Part shown: positions 12,853 to 27,009 of the stretch, piece by piece
Numbering within the stretch: the stretch's first letter is position 1
Layout: every line of letters starts with the position of its first letter
Origin: Diadema antillarum
Lineage: Eukaryota
Direction of reading: 5' to 3'
Assembly (NCBI RefSeq): GCF_040938485.1
Contig: NW_027271186.1
Coordinates: forward strand, 2,170,001-2,234,000
Length of the DNA: 64,000 bases
The notes under the pieces: generated by a model
The model's database searches: none
What the model was told of the DNA's origin: nothing
What the model saw: only the letters and a program-made list of their open reading frames with translations
Position numbers and translations under genes: made by a program

Positions 12853-14051
12853 CGAATAAACATAATGTTTTTGTTTGTATGTGCATGTGCACCAATGAGC
12901 GACGGCTGGCTCACCATGTCACTTCAAGTTCAAGTTCTTTTTCAACAAGAGACTAAAATCAAACAATCAGAATGGTAGAACTGTAATCTGTGACATAATG
13001 ATTTTTCATGTAATCCTTATAAATGCTGTTTACCAGCACATCAACTTGACAGCAAAAGTGGTATTTGCCAATATCAATAAAAAGAGATTGTTGATACATT
13101 CAATGCAAAATAATGAAATGGATGCTTTCCCAAATGTTAATTGACGGATCATTCTTGTCAACTGGTCTACATACACAAGCTCATTCTTTGTTTGAACAGG
13201 ATTGATGTATCTCATGAATCGTTATGTATTAAGCTAATGCATTATGCCGCTCTGAAAACGAGTGTGAAGTGCCCCTAACCGACTGAGAAAAAAAGAAAGG
13301 TCATTCCTACCAGTGTGCCCAAGAGCTAACTCCGAACCGGCTTATGTTCAAAGATATTTAGATTGGTCGATAAGCCAGCAACCGCTTCTTCCTCCTTGTA
13401 AGTTGTCATTTCTGAGTTACCGAAACACAACATAATTTGACTCTATGAATATATACAAATTACAGATCCAATTTAAAGAAACGGAATTATGAATATACAT
13501 CTCACAGACCCTACTAGAAAGGGAATTTGATACAGAAAAGTGTGCAGATCAATGGGAGATTATCCACATCATCTAGTATGCATGGACGTGTGGTTGTGTC
13601 TAACGAGGGAGGTGAGACACCTCCCTGGCCTAACAGATCTGCTTCGTGGTAGCTTGTCTATACACAAATTCACAATTTCTTATTTCGTTGAAGCCAACTT
13701 GAATTAGATAGAGTAGAACTGCACTGCATATTGATCTACTAATATACTAAAACGATAACTGCAAAGTTGTAAGAAGGATAATACAGTGATGCCCGACAGT
13801 CCAAAGGTTGCTTGCACATTACTCGGTCACGCACGCCCTTTGTACACACAATTATCTTGCCATGTCTTCATTGTATCTGTAATGCTTGCTCCTACTCACC
13901 TCTGCTTATCTCACGTTGGTGAATTATTCAGTTCTCGTTCAACCTGCAACACCAGCGACGGTCAGTGGTGGAAATTTCACTTTACATTTTATTTCCCGTG
14001 TTCTGTATTTCCTCACAATAACAGACAGCCAAGCCGAATACATCAAAGTAG

Positions 14052-15389
14052 CACGGACCTAGATTATACACATGGACAATCATCGCTCGTTAATTTATTC
14101 ATGCACCTGTTTCTGTCAAAAGCGTCACAAAAACGTTTTAAACACGCTTTCCTGCTTTGATCTCATCATCACCGCCGACAGCCAGCCTGGATAAAAACAA
14201 GACGACACTTTGAGAGATTTAAAAAGAAAAAAAGAATACATGCGCAGAAGAAATATCACTCTTGAATCAAGAAATATGCATGTGCAGTGCATATTGGGAA
14301 ATCAATCGCTCATCGATAACAGGCAGTTTCATTTGCGAAATGCAACTACGTAATAAGACAAAGCAAATATTTTGGCAGGTTGATTTGTCATCTAATTCTT
14401 CCCATTTTTCACACATGGTTTCAAAATAAACATAGACATCAACTGTAGACGACGCGTAGGTCTATGTCTTACTTAAGCAACGTTACACGCTTGTCCACAA
14501 GTGTCCACTCAAGTAGCCTAATTACCAATTTTGTGGCACAAAATTTGTTATGTTTTGAGGTGTGCTGCTCTCCAATATTGGTGTTTATTTAAGGCACTTA
14601 AAGAGGAAATCCAGTCCCAAAATAAGTTTGTCTGATAAGAAAGAGAAAAAACTTACGAGTTTAAGGGTAAAAATCTAACTGAAATTGAATGAAAAATAAG
14701 GAAGTTATGAAATTTTGAAGTTTCGCTAATTTCTGCAAAACAGTTCTTGTACAGTGGATATGAATATGCAAATGAGTGAGCTGACCATGTCATAAACTCA
14801 CAATTTTCCATTGATCATGTACAAAAAGTGACGAAAATTCAATGTTTCTGTCATTGACGTCTGAAACATGATATTATTCCTGGTTGAATAACTTCAGAAT
14901 ACAGGATTTGAGCCTCGGGCATAATTGCATTTGGATGAAACACTGGAAATTTCAAAATTTTATGTACAAAGTATATGGTAAGTTGTGAGGGGATGACATG
15001 CTCACTTTGCCATTTGAATATTCAGATTGAACGTTCAAGAACTGTTTCCTCAAAAATTAGCGAAACTTCAAAATGTCATAATTTCCTTATTTTTCATCCG
15101 ATTTCAATCAAAATTTTACCGTTGAACTCGTAGTATCTTATTCTTCCTTCTCAGACTAACTTTAAACTGGCCTGAAAATTTCCCTCTAAGTCTGAAAAGT
15201 CATTTCAGCCAAATAAGAACGAAATGAGGGAAGTGGTTCTTTTGTCATAGTGACCATGCACGATTATCCAATCGCCATGTACGAACATCTGAATGCACTC
15301 ATTAAGATGCACATTAATCAGGTGGCGGGGTTGATGATGTAATTAAAGAAAAACTTCCGTTCATAGTCCATAAGTGTAGCAGGTCCATG
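14052..15389. mobile_element. P-like non-autonomous element, copy 2, interrupted by a TTAA element
   Basis: collinear with 3544-4278; termini CACGGACCTA...AGGTCCATG; TSD eroded. Confidence 0.8.
14602..15185. mobile_element. Kolobok/T2-like TTAA MITE (family A, 584 bp) nested in the P-like element
   Basis: TTAA|AGAGGAAATCCAG...AATTTCCCT|CTAA; absent at the homologous site of copy 1 (AAGGCAGTTGAGTCTGAAAAG near 4064-4084). Confidence 0.82.
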
Positions 15390-15769
15390 ATAGAATGTGC
15401 ACGATCCAGTATACGAATTGCGTATAGGCGTACATGTATTGAAAAGGAATGTGCTGTATAAACGCAGAGAAGAATACACAACGAAAGCGTACAAACTGTG
15501 AGTAGAGATACCAAACAAAGCCAGAACGTATACGTGGGAAAACCATCAATTATTAACCTTTAAAACCGTGAACTTGAGAAGATAGTCCTTTCAGCAGGTG
15601 TTTTGCTACAGCTCCTCGAAACTATCTTGGGATGACGTCATGCTGTGTGCCGACAAGAGGACAGTTTATCATGGTGAGGCAAAAATGTGCGTTATGTAAC
15701 CTATAATTTTTCACAATAAAATGTAGGCGTGTAGGGAGCGAGGAAAGACGTGAAACAGTACCAAAAAAA

Positions 15770-16010
15770 AGGAAACAAACAGACAGACATACCTCTGTTA
15801 TTAAAACATGTAGGATCCAATGAGAGGCTCCATACGTCTCTCTGACGATTTGTCAAGCAGCAGCTCATAAGATGACGAATGACTTGGTGATACAGCAATG
15901 ACCCGAAGTCTAGGTATATTATTGTTCCAGATTCTTACAGTTCTGGGTAAGAAGTTATGAAATAGAAGACCTAAATCATGCATGGTTGCTTTAGAGATTA
16001 CATACACGAC
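15770..16010 (-). mobile_element. 3' remnant of a non-LTR retrotransposon (CR1/L2/RTE-type ORF2 C-terminus)
   Basis: minus frame HNFLPRTVRIWNNNIP (about 15912-15960) matches the SFFPRTIRxWNxLP C-terminal motif, followed by a short 3' tail ending in TCTG/TTTG repeats. Confidence 0.6.
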
Positions 16011-16777
16011 TACACGTGGATGCTTGACCGGTGGAGTCAGCTATAGGATGGAAAGAAAAATGGATTTATCTCTGTACAATGGATAGTACAACCAATGAAA
16101 ATAACCTTTCTCAAATGTATTTTCATTAAGCGTCGTAAGCACCTTTGACTTTTGTGACAGCCCCAGCTGCGGCAAGTTTTAATTTCATTCTATCAACAGT
16201 TTATTACAAGAGAAATTACAAATATTTTCTACAACGTCATGCTACATAAACAATTTGCTATTTCACGATATTTGGGATGAACTATAGCTACGATACTGAA
16301 AAAAAACACCCTATATCTATTGTTGACGCTTTGAAACTATAACACTAGGAGCGTGCAGTATCACTTAGAGGAGAGGAGTAAAGCGAGCAAGGTATTTGCT
16401 GTTGTTTTAGATAATGTTAGTCATCTGTAACATATTGTATAAGATCATTTGCAAGAATGGATTTGCATGCACAGCTGACGCAAAAGAAAAATTAGAACAT
16501 CAGCAATATCAGATCTTGACATCGTACATTGCTATTATAGATTTCACTCAAACGTAGTAACTCTTAAAAAGGAAAAATCCATCCCACAATAGATAAACTG
16601 CAAAATAACGAGAAACAAGATTCCTACAGAGCGTTTCAAAAATGACAAAAATCGGTTAAGAAATAGGAAAGCTATGACATTTTGAAACTTTACTTTTTTT
16701 CGGAAGACATTTCTTGACCAGTCCTTTTTACGAGTATTCAAATGAGCGAGTTGATTATGTCATGCCCTCACAATTTT

Positions 16778-17870
16778 TCATGAATGTTATACAAATTGCA
16801 TATGAAATTAACAAAAAAATTTATTTGGTTAATTTCATTGCTGGTACCGGCGTTAGTGCTACTTTTAGCTTTATTTGGCGGCATTTTTATGTTGAATTAA
16901 GACAGATTTGTAATATTCAACAACGACAGGAAAAGTAAAGCAACATACAGGTGTATTTCATTCTCCTGAATATAGAACATCATCATGACAATGGTATGAT
17001 ACCATCGTAACGATATCGTACATTCTGCAGCATACCAGAAAGTCGACACTTCCTATTAACATGCATTTCCTTAACATCGAGTATTTTATTATTCATCTTT
17101 AGTACGCAGCCACTGTGCAAATTCTTGAAATCATGAATGTTATACAAATTGCATATGAAATTAACAAAAAAATTTATTTGGTTAATTTCATTGCTGGTAC
17201 CGGCGTTAGTGCTACTTTTAGCTTTATTTGGCGGCATTTTTATGTTGAATTAAGACAGATTTTGTAATACTCAACAACGACAGGAAAAGTAAAGCAACAT
17301 ACAGGTGTATTTTATTCTCCTGAATATAGAACATCATCATTACGATGGTATGATACCATCGTAACGATATCGTACATTCTGCAGCATACCAGAAAGTCGA
17401 CACTTCCTATTAACATGCATTTCCTTAAAGGGATGGTACAGTATTGGTGTAGATGAAAATTGGGCTTTTAAATTTTTTCAAGATACCAAGAAAGCACTTA
17501 TGATATAGTACAGAGCATACTATTTTAAGGGGAATTCAAAGTTTATTTGATGAAAATCGGGTTTGGAATGACTGCAACATCCAAAAACAAAGTAAAACAA
17601 AGCGATCGTAATAAAGTGTGGGTCCCACACTTTATTAGAATTGCTCTTTTTTGGATATCTCAGCCATTTCAAAACCAATTTTCATCAAATAAACGTTCAA
17701 TTCCTCAAAGAATTACATGCTCTTTCATATTTCATAAGAGGTTTCTCATTATCTCACCAAAAAATGTTAGAAACCTGAAATTAGGTCTCAACCAAAACTT
17801 TACGATACCTTTAACATTGAGTATTTTATTATTCATCTTTAGTACGCAGCCACTGTGCAAATTCTTGAAA
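16778..17870 (+). repeat. tandem duplication of a 353-bp unit (16778-17130; 17131-17870 including a TE insertion)
   Basis: about 6 differences in 353 bp; junction microhomology TCA(T/A)GAAT. Confidence 0.93.
17429..17810. mobile_element. Kolobok/T2-like TTAA MITE (family B, 382 bp)
   Basis: TTAA TSDs at 17425-17428 and 17811-17814; AGGGATGGTA...TACGATACCT ends; single TTAA at empty site 17071-17074; central palindrome 17609-17637. Confidence 0.93.
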
Positions 17871-19371
17871 TCAAGAATTTGACAAGTTGGGGAGGGGAAA
17901 CGGCTATATTTAATCATTGAAAATTAAGATACAACGTGCATGCAAGTGTAGGCATCCCTATTGCATTGCCGGGCAATTAATACTCAAGTAATCCTGTACA
18001 TGCATTTAGCTTTGTTATACATTTTATACATTGGTCTATAAGTTTTTCTAGTCTTCTTTAAATCATTACAATGTATCTAAGTTTCAACATGAATCTTAGA
18101 AGTTGTGTATAGTCATGAATACTTTGAACAGCGTAACTCACTTTCCACTTATAGTCAGAATGTATGCCTCAAGTCTTCTGAAATGTGTTTTTATTTTTTA
18201 TTCAAGGGATTAACAAATTAAAACAAAAACATGTAGTGCATGTATACATAGGATAACCACTGTTCAACTTCGTTTTCTCGTATAACTCATGAATGTTGTA
18301 ATTCTAATGCTTTCAAATGATATATGTCTTATTGTTTGTAATGCTGTCTGGTCCCGTTATTATGTTTATTTTTATGGAACCTCAATCAACCAGTCACTAG
18401 TGAATGAATGAAATGAATAAGTTTATTTACAAACCTTTTCTCCGAAGGCCGGGTCTCGTGGAATACGGTGCTGCCGGGTTATAATCATCCCCCCTTGATC
18501 CCAAACAATCCTCATTGGCCGATAAGGCGTTCTCTCCATGCACCCTTACTTTCTACAGTTGTATCCTCATCGCAAAGGATTCCCACATTTTCAACCCAGG
18601 GTGGATTAATCTGTACAGCATAAATTTCGGCCGGACTGAAAAAAAAAAATAAAAAAATAAAACGGTGGGATACTGATTGCTCAATCTCGGCAAGTATACA
18701 AGTGCACATTCAACTACAGTCTATTGACACACGTACACACACAATCACGCACGCATTTGATAAATGCAACTGCTTTGAAATGCAATTCATTGTACACTGT
18801 TCTTATGAGTACAAGAGCAATGTACAACGTACTCATTCCAGCGCAGCTGCAATTATAAATGTGTTTAAAAAATTACAATTGTTTCGATTTACGCTTTATC
18901 ATCACCTATGTGTATAAATAGAAGTTTAGCTCGGCTCGATTCAAAGGGTACTAGCAATAGTTCCTTGTGAGGTGAGGAAACTTGATACTTGGTCTTCCGT
19001 GTTAAAAAAAAAATGAAAACGAAGAATATGTTTCGGTCTCCCGTGTATAAAATTGGCAAGGCTCCCCGTGGTTTCATGTGTGCGAGTTTGAGTGTGTATG
19101 TGTGAGAGTGTGTGTGTGAGTGTGTGTGTGTGTGTGTGCGTACAGGTACATTGTAGTAACTTACGGTGTACATACATGTATCATCTCTACTGTCAATACT
19201 TCAAAATTGATTTGTGTATACCCATTACGGCAATACGATTCGTACACCACAAAGTCACAAGACAAAGATCACAACTCATCACGCGTAGTCTTGGCAAACG
19301 GCTTTCCCAGAGACTTGGCACCATCACACCATACCCACTGTACGAAAGTAAAATCATAATTACATCACTGC

Positions 19372-19516
19372 TTCACGTCAACAATCACTCCTCAAAATAA
19401 ACTCAAACATGAACGCATCAAGTCTTCTATCACCATGATCATTTCACGTCAACAATCGCTCCTCAATATAAGACGCAAACATGAACATATCACAAGTCTT
19501 CATTCACCATGATCAT
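19372..19516. repeat. two diverged tandem copies of a ~71-bp unit
   Basis: TTCACGTCAACAATC...CACCATGATCAT at 19372 and 19443. Confidence 0.8.
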
Positions 19517-19593
19517 TGATCATCCTGCACAAACTGAAATACAAATAATGAATAAGCATGTACGATCATAATTAGCATACTTAGTACTGCTTT

Positions 19594-19599
19594 TTTATT
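19594..19599 (-). terminator. candidate polyadenylation signal of actin 2 (AATAAA)
   Basis: first minus-strand AATAAA seen downstream of the stop, about 735 nt from it. Confidence 0.45.
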
Positions 19600-20332
19600 G
19601 CATTCTCGGTTTGAGATCTGCAGTTGTGTTCTTTTTTCTTTTTTTTTAGAGTTACAAAATATATACAGTGTCAATATGAAACAAAAATATGCAATGATCC
19701 CATGAAGCGATTTATAAGATCTAAATTGTTTTTTTTTTCTTTCAAGATTATAATGCATGTTACCTTTTGCAATTTACTTTCCCAATTTAAAGACGAAGAA
19801 GAGGTACAAATCTTGTGCCATGCCTACACATATCTAATACTAATTTTAACGATGTTAGATTGAACGGAACGGTAACTTAGAAAAATGTGTTGGCATACAA
19901 GCAAAGGGGTTTGCGTCTTTTCGGCAAATCGTTTTTGTCTTAGCATCAAATTCAACCTCGAGATGAGGGCAAGCAAGTTCAGGTAGAACCTTGATCTCCC
20001 CACCTTTTTTTTTTTGCGCGCGCGGGTGTTAAGGCAAAGAGTCTTGTAATGCCGGTTTCTTGCGCACAGAACACGGGAGTGATGTGATTGTGGTCACTGT
20101 TAGAGAGCATCGAAATCGCCAGGGACAGCGATGAAGACTGAAATAAATACTGTAGTCCGGTTCGACTACAACACTGAAGATAAAAGGGAATAATCATTGA
20201 TATCCACAACGGTATTACATGATTTCTATTGGTTATGTTCAGTGACCATACCAAGCACTACCCGATTGTACAGTTTGTCATGACATGTGCTCACTACAGT
20301 GTAAGATAACCACGAGTTTATCTACGAGCTGT

Positions 20333-21994
<1,662 letters not shown>

Positions 21995-22175
21995 TTAGTG
22001 TCTCTGCAATGGACAAAGAAAGCACAAGGTTAAATACTGGAAGTTTCCCCGCAACTGAATAAAGACCTACAAAATATCGCAAGGGGTCAGGTCAACCACC
22101 CGATAAATAGATGGACAAAATTTCGAGGTAGGCAGTCAACGCCTAACTAGTTGACGTCACCAATATTGAACTTAT

Positions 22176-22200
22176 GGGGGGGGGGGGGGGGGGGGGGGGG
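22176..22200. repeat. poly(G)25 in leader intron of actin 2
   Basis: homopolymer, next to perfect CRE TGACGTCA 22152-22159. Confidence 0.95.
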
Positions 22201-23683
22201 AGTAGATTATAATATGCTGCTTCAAGTTCATGATAGAACATCTCGCACCAAAAATATATTACACGAACACCCACTTCAGCATAAAGCATAAACACATACA
22301 CGCGTTAAAATACATGTCCGAGTAAAATTAATGATAATTTTTTTGGTCTCATTTCTCATATCATTTTAAAAGACCGGAAGAAATACGCTTATGGGAGGAA
22401 AAAAATGGTTAAGTCACATTTAGTAAACGAAAGTCTAGATCATCTTTGCAGTACTGTTGAACTACTCGTAGCTATACCAGTTGAGGAACGAGGAAAAGGC
22501 ACGAAGCCAGCACGTGGTTCAGCCGCACCCACTTCCCGCTAACCTCCCCTTGCGCCTGCGTACTGAATACATGAAACCTGGCCAACACTGCCACGCCCCT
22601 GGTCCACTGCGCAGCCGCGCATGGGATTTGTGAATGGATCCGTTACCTCTCCAATTATACATGCAAATCCAGCTGCCCGCCTGCAATCTGCCAATGGCAG
22701 CCCCATAGCATCACAGCGCGACACGACAGCGTTATTTGAATATCCAATCAGCAACGATCAAATTTGCGTCCGCCCACACAGCTGACTCCCATATCTGATT
22801 CACACAATGACTAACCACCTGCCGTCGATTCCCTCTGCATCTTCTACACTACAGCAACGGCATTATTTTCTTCGACCCACTCTTCCCGTCTTTCGACTAT
22901 TTAACCCAGGGGTCGGAAATTTAGTTGCTGAAACCCGAACGAGCAAGATCAATGTCATCGAAAGTCTGCCAAGACTCGGAGAAGGGATATGATTAGTGGC
23001 TGTTGGGCAATCTTTATCACAAAATTCACAACATAATTTATCATCCACAAAAACCGAGGTACATGTAGCCATTTTCAAATTTGTCGCCGGGAACTCCGAG
23101 TTGCGGCTAATGCTGAGACAGCAGTCCCTAAAAACTGCACGAAATCAAGTGCCGGACACACCCTCTTTGTCCAAAATGACCAATTATTCAATCATCTGCC
23201 CGTTATCTACATTAAATGTACAAAAGTTTTAATAATGCCTCATGCATCCCAATATCAAGAATGCTGTACAAGACTTTCGGAACGACTCATCCCATCAATT
23301 TATCAAGTCAATTGGCTCAACGCATGGGTGCGAGTTCAATAGCACCCGACGGCGAGCGAGTTGGCTTCAAGCAAGCACAGAACACAGTAACGGGTGGGCG
23401 TGGCGAAGTGATCCGGGCGGCCCGGGATCATGCACAAAAATCAAAACTGGCTCGGCACACACTCAAAACATTTCAAAAGAATACTTCCAACAATAAATTC
23501 GCATCAAGCATCATCAAACATCTCTATGCTTCTACTAAGTGAACTTTGTTCTCTACAAATTTAAACACATCAAACTACACAGAGACTTATCACGCATACA
23601 GTTTACACAATATTCCACTTGCAGAACAAATATCAGCGAAACCACGTGTTACGAATCGGCAAGGTGGTACATGCCCTACGTAT

Positions 23684-23693
23684 CCATATATGG
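23684..23693. promoter_or_regulatory. CArG box in first intron of actin 2
   Basis: CCATATATGG, about 85 nt inside the intron. Confidence 0.65.
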
Positions 23694-23776
23694 CACAACC
23701 ACTGCTAATATTTGCCGGTGCTCCACAAATTCTGCAGTATGAAGGCAGAAGCTGAGGAAATTTTTCTAAGACTTAC

Positions 23777-23836
23777 CGAAAGAGAGAGAGAAGAAGTACA
23801 CCACCTGTATGCTGGCTCGTCTGAGGTTGAAATGAT
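23777..23836 (-). other. predicted non-coding leader exon of actin 2; leader intron 22004-23776
   Basis: perfect donor TCG|GTAAGT at 23777/23776; acceptor TTTCTTTGTCCATTGCAG ending 22004, 24 nt before ATG; Inr-like CCATCATTT; TSS approximate. Confidence 0.75.
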
Positions 23837-23861
23837 GGCAAATCGGAGGTTCACTCCGCAG

Positions 23862-23910
23862 TTATTATAATGGTCACCGGGCTACGCGAAGCATATTTGA
23901 CCATATAAGG
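23862..23910 (-). promoter_or_regulatory. actin 2 core promoter: TATA box TATAATAA (23869-23862) and CArG box (23901-23910)
   Basis: CCATATAAGG perfect CArG ~32 nt upstream of TATA. Confidence 0.85.
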
Positions 23911-24989
23911 AGAAATTTGGACGCATCGTACGCCTCGGTGAATTCATAAATATTCTTAGCAGGGATCGTCTCAGAAAGCCCGTCGACATTGGACTATTTG
24001 TGCGAAGGGGCGTGCGCTCGCCTGGATTCACACAAGTGGCTGATTTAAAGGTCGCCCTGCCTTCGAAGCGTGGGTGTGTGTGCTCGTACGAGCCTCGTAA
24101 TGTGGAGTGTTTGCACAGTAAAGAAGGAAGTTCGGCTCATTATACTTTGGCCTGCCAGCTGATTTTAAAGGCAGAAGTCATCTCCGCATATCAAAATCAT
24201 TCAAACAGCTATGAAACTGTAATAATATTACAATTAGAGTACACTCAATAGACCTTTCAATTAGTCTGCAAAATCCGAATTTTGTTACATACGTTTTTCT
24301 GCAGGTACCGTCGTTCAAATACTGTAGGAGAAAGGGTACACGCGAGGTTTCATGCCATCTTCCCCAAGTTATTGTTCTATTTCGGAGTATACAAATGAAA
24401 AATCTTCTGTGATGTTGAAATAGAATTCTTATGATTCCTTTTTGGCTTGTTTGAGGTTTGTGTGTTGTTGGTTGTTGTGTGTGTGTGTGTGTGTGTGTGC
24501 TATCAAACAGTTGCTGTACCGATGTCTATTCACGACATCTACATCAAGCCCACCATGTTTTTGAACTTGCAAGAAAGTGAAACTGAAAATGTTGTCCACT
24601 TACTTATATTTGCAGACGGTTAATAAATATGTAGTATCTTAAGAAAGCTGATTCATTGTGTGAAGGGATGGATAATGTAGGCCTACTGGTTACGTACTCT
24701 TTGGCTTGTTCATAGTGCTTTAACATACACGGAAGAAAACCTGATAAATTACATATTAACAGAAACAGAATAAACGTTTTAACAATAGTTATGTTCCTGT
24801 CATGAGCACAATCATAATCACGGTCAAACTCAAATAATAGCAAAAATATCAATCATAACTCCCCCCCCCCCGTCTGTATTTCTATAGTGTCTTAGTTAAA
24901 TCTTTCCAAATTTCTCTTTCCATTTCATAAAGAGCCATTCATAATTACGTCGGTTTAACCCTAATAATCCATGCATTCTTTGTATAATC

Positions 24990-25630
24990 AAGGCCACGAG
25001 TTAGTCTGAAAAGAAGGAGTACAATTTTTTTTTGCACAAACAATGAACATTTTTACTACTCAGATAACAAATAAGGAAGATATGGAATTTTGAAGTTGTA
25101 CTATTTTGCCTGAAAGAGTTCTTGAACTGTTATTATGAATATGCAGGTGAGAGAAGTGATGATAATCGCCTAATATTCCCATTTAGCTTGTAGACCCTGG
25201 TGGCATATATAATATATAGAAATTCGAAATTTCCTATTTTTCATTTAAACGCAGCTATATGCCCTATAGTCTCAATTCCTGATAGGCCTATACCTGACTA
25301 TAATCATTATTTTGAAGTTATTCAAGCAGGAATAACATTATCTTCTACATTTTTATAACAGAAAATTGAATTTTCTTAATTTCTTGCACACTATCAATGG
25401 AAAATTGTGAGGTGTCGATGACATCATATCGGCTCACTCATTCACATAATTATTCGTATCAACAGTTAACTGTTCAAGGACTGAAAAAAAAGCAAATCTA
25501 TGAAATTTGTTCGTCATATACTAGCTTCCTTACTTTTAGTCCTATTTTGACCAAATTTTCACAGTTTTGCTTGTCATTAGTATACTACTCTTTCTTTTCA
25601 GACTAACTTTAAGTTAGCATGGAATTCCCA
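24990..25630 (-). mobile_element. degenerate second copy of TTAA family A (opposite orientation to 14602-15185)
   Basis: reverse-complement similarity at both arms (GTTAGTCTGAAAAGAAGGAG; TTTTCAGACTAACTTTAAG; CAATGGAAAATTGTGAG). Confidence 0.7.
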
Positions 25631-25633
25631 TAA

Positions 25634-25992
25634 GTTACCATTTGCAGAAGAAACAAAAACCCAGCATTTGTTGTTTTATACAATAAATCTAAAATGTGAG
25701 TTATGACTAGCAACAACCACTGTAAAAATTTACATCCGCATAACCCGATGATAAGTATTATTAAATACACAAAATGTGAACGATAGTTATAATAAAAGTG
25801 TTTCCAGACTAAAACCGTCTACAGTTATAGTTTAGTGAGAAAAATACTGATATCTCCTTATATTTTAGGCTTTATTGCAAAAATTTTATATGGTAGGATG
25901 TTTTGTGACACAACAGACCTATATACACATATGCATAAAATGTGATATCTTGAACATTCTTTCAATCACTGCTCCCAAAGGTAAAAGGATCT
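25634..25992 (+). mobile_element. TTAA family C element, uninterrupted copy (5' end eroded)
   Basis: collinear with 59764-60065 + 61261-61320; ends GGTAAAAGGATCT|TTAA. Confidence 0.8.
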
Positions 25993-27009
25993 TTAATCTT
26001 AAAGCTCTATGCTCCCCACGATATAGGCCTCTGCACAAAACGATTGCATCAAGTTCAAATTAATCATTTTTTTTTCTTGATGGGGGGGGGGGGGATCAGT
26101 TTTTAGTAGGACCTATATAAGTGTACGTGGCAATAAAATGTAAACACGGGAGCCCCAGTTAAATGACCCCAGTGATTAGATATCGAACTGAGCTTTGAAC
26201 CCAGACTATGCAATCATGCCGTATTCACTATAATAACACATGTGCACTCGTAACATAGGGGTCAGAAGCCAATATAGTCCTATACGTAGCGATTATCGTC
26301 GANNNNNNNNNNNNNNNNNNNNNNNNNNNNNNNNNNNNNNNNNNNNNNNNNNNNNNNNNNNNNNNNNNNNNNNNNNNNNNNNNNNNNNNNNNNNNNNNNN
26401 NNNNNNNNNNNNNNNNNNNNNNNNNNNNNNNNNNNNNNNNNNNNNNNNNNNNNNNNNNNNNNNNNNNNNNNNNNNNNNNNNNNNNNNNNNNNNNNNNNNN
26501 NNNNNNNNNATCCCTGAAATTAATTTACTATGAACTCTTACTGGAATTTGACATCAACAATTCTCTGAGGCGTTCGAACATAATAATGATAGCCTATGGG
26601 ACCTATACACGGCAGCAGTTCTGCTCTTGTTTACATTCATTTTGGTGTATTCAATGTGTATACATGCGAAATATATACCTGTCGTTCTTTTATACCCGTC
26701 AAGGGTATAATGCAGTTAGTGATAATATAGATACCAGAGCCTAATGAATATAGCGGGTCGTTATGTTCTTGAGGCATCTGAAAGTGTTGTCTTATCCATG
26801 ATTTACAATGATGTGCCACACCCATCAACCATTGCATGCATTGGATTGCATGCAGGACAAATGCCATGAATCATTGAATGTGTTATTTTTGTGGTATATT
26901 TTCTTTATAGCAATTGTAATCCCCTCCTACTCACAAATTATTAGCGCTGTGTAAACTGTGCTAACACTAATGGTTTAGCTCATTATTTGTATTACAACAA
27001 GAAACTTCA

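Noticed and set aside
13607-13627. GC hairpin AGGGAGGTG-AGA-CACCTCCCT as a Helitron 3' end
   Set aside because: No CTRR terminus at the expected distance and no 5' TC end identified
16714-17237. ORFs in the 353-bp tandem unit
   Set aside because: No recognisable protein, no splice support; the two copies differ by a frameshifting indel
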